The notes beneath the pieces are model-generated. The model was given only the letters and a program-made list of their open reading frames with translations. It searched no databases and was not told the DNA's origin. A DNA stretch of 56,361 bases from Saprospiraceae bacterium (GTDB lineage: Bacteria; Bacteroidota; Bacteroidia; Chitinophagales; Saprospiraceae): the NCBI GenBank assembly GCA_043754475.1, contig JAYUUR010000112.1, forward strand, positions 1 to 56,361, given 5' to 3'. How positions within the stretch are numbered: the stretch's first letter is position 1; every line of letters starts with the position of its first letter. Below are positions 56,311 to 56,361 of the stretch, one piece after another. The position numbers were made by a program, and so were the translations under genes.

Positions 56311-56361
56311 TTTTACTAAAAATAAGCGGTTTTCGCTAAAAAATGCTTATTTTTAGTAAAA
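56311..56361. terminator. Perfect 17-bp AT-rich hairpin at the right window edge (possible terminator of the upstream gene)
   Basis: Arms ttttactaaaaataagc (56311-56327) and gcttatttttagtaaaa (56345-56361) with a 17-nt loop. The context beyond the edge is unknown. Confidence 0.4.

Noticed and set aside
1-56361. Search for tRNA, rRNA, tmRNA, riboswitch, integrase or transposase signatures.
   Set aside because: I recognised no cloverleaf-like or rRNA-like sequence and no recombinase ORF. The absence is based on visual inspection only and should be confirmed with tRNAscan, Infernal and HMM searches.

Overview
This window is a chromosomal segment from a Bacteroidota-type gliding, T9SS-bearing bacterium. 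I found no rRNA, tRNA, CRISPR array, transposase or integrase.

Gene content, left to right:
- 1-5.2 kb: a minus-strand operon (GntP permease, RidA, D-TA-family PLP enzyme, M19 dipeptidase) followed by murA. The dipeptidase runs off the left edge and is missing from the ORF track.
- 5.3-8.9 kb: a DUF853/HerA-like ATPase, a small OM beta-barrel protein and a geranylgeranyl-reductase-like flavoprotein.
- 9.0-20.5 kb: T9SS and gliding genes (porV, porU, a divergent porP/sprF-like gene, gldJ), interrupted by an EamA transporter and an AT-rich AbiEi/AbiEii (type IV TA / abortive infection) cassette.
- 20.6-31.6 kb: carotenoid genes (DUF422-type, crtZ, and crtI-family 9 kb further on), a DUF3179 protein, a TonB-dependent receptor, a tight four-gene operon (hypothetical, NT5C nucleotidase, MFS, DUF4112) and a T9SS-secreted polysaccharide deacetylase.
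- 31.7-38.9 kb: an orphan histidine kinase, an AT-rich alpha-oxoamine-synthase gene, a four-gene envelope cluster and pntAA.
- 39.2-56.1 kb: the complete S10-spc-alpha ribosomal-protein cluster, rpsJ to rplQ. This includes rpmJ and rpmD, which fall below the ORF-track size cutoff.

Main finding: the word TACTGAGGGG (extended consensus W-TACTGAGGGG(G)-T-A) occurs 43 times exactly, plus several degenerate copies.
- That is about one copy per 1.3 kb, spread over both strands.
- Copies lie in spacers and inside genes, in all five stop-free reading frames.
- One copy is written onto the conserved RPLSK peptide of ribosomal protein S17.
- Six copies sit in abnormally long spacers of the ribosomal operon.
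- The density matches that of DNA uptake sequences. The function is unknown.

Secondary observations:
- A REP-like TGTCATTGCGAGGAA family, with one copy read in frame inside the dipeptidase gene.
- A 47-nt repeat pair in two ribosomal spacers.
- Motif-like direct repeats bracketing the AbiE cassette.
- [13 protein letters not shown] repeat tail on ribosomal protein S3.
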